From the NCBI GenBank assembly GCA_001643675.2, contig LSRY02000020.1, positions 372,001-436,000 on the forward strand: a DNA stretch of 64,000 nt, in the 5' to 3' direction. Origin of the DNA: Monocercomonoides exilis PA203 (taxonomy: Eukaryota; Protista; Preaxostyla). Below, piece after piece: positions 63,939 to 64,000 of this stretch. A program made the translations under genes and the position numbers. The notes beneath the pieces were generated by a model, which saw nothing but the letters and a program-made list of their open reading frames with translations, searched no databases and was not told the DNA's origin. How positions within the stretch are numbered: position 1 is the first letter of the stretch; each line of letters starts with the position of its first letter.

Positions 63939-64000
63939 ATGTCCAGATAGGAATCATCTGCCGTCCAAAAAACAAACAATGCAGCTCAAATAAAAGCAAC

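Overview
AT-rich eukaryotic DNA. The surface-protein family fragments resemble, from memory, those of the oxymonad Monocercomonoides; this is inference, not a search result. The window is a nested DNA-transposon graveyard with no clearly intact host gene. It holds decayed transposases of four superfamilies (2 Sola2-like, 2 hAT, 2 pogo/DDE_1 DD35D, 2 Merlin/ISXO2), many MITEs and foldbacks, and truncated host-gene fragments. The main unexpected structure is two families of gene-capturing (Pack-type) elements. (i) A GGG...CCC family with 4-bp AWWT target duplications has three 240-bp MITEs, one 257-bp MITE, and 6.4-kb and 5.4-kb elements carrying gene fragments; two insertions are confirmed by empty sites preserved inside the window. 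(ii) A GGCATAGG...CCTATGCC long-TIR family with 8-bp TSDs carries surface-protein fragments. The candidate partner of family (i) is a Sola2-like transposase. One copy is preceded by a ubiquitin-specific protease (USP/C19) domain, and both copies are followed by a ~85-nt GC-rich motif with compensatory base changes. One cargo gene contains an internal 76-codon ubiquitin-like domain ending LLGG. All alignments were done by eye; boundaries without TSD support are approximate.
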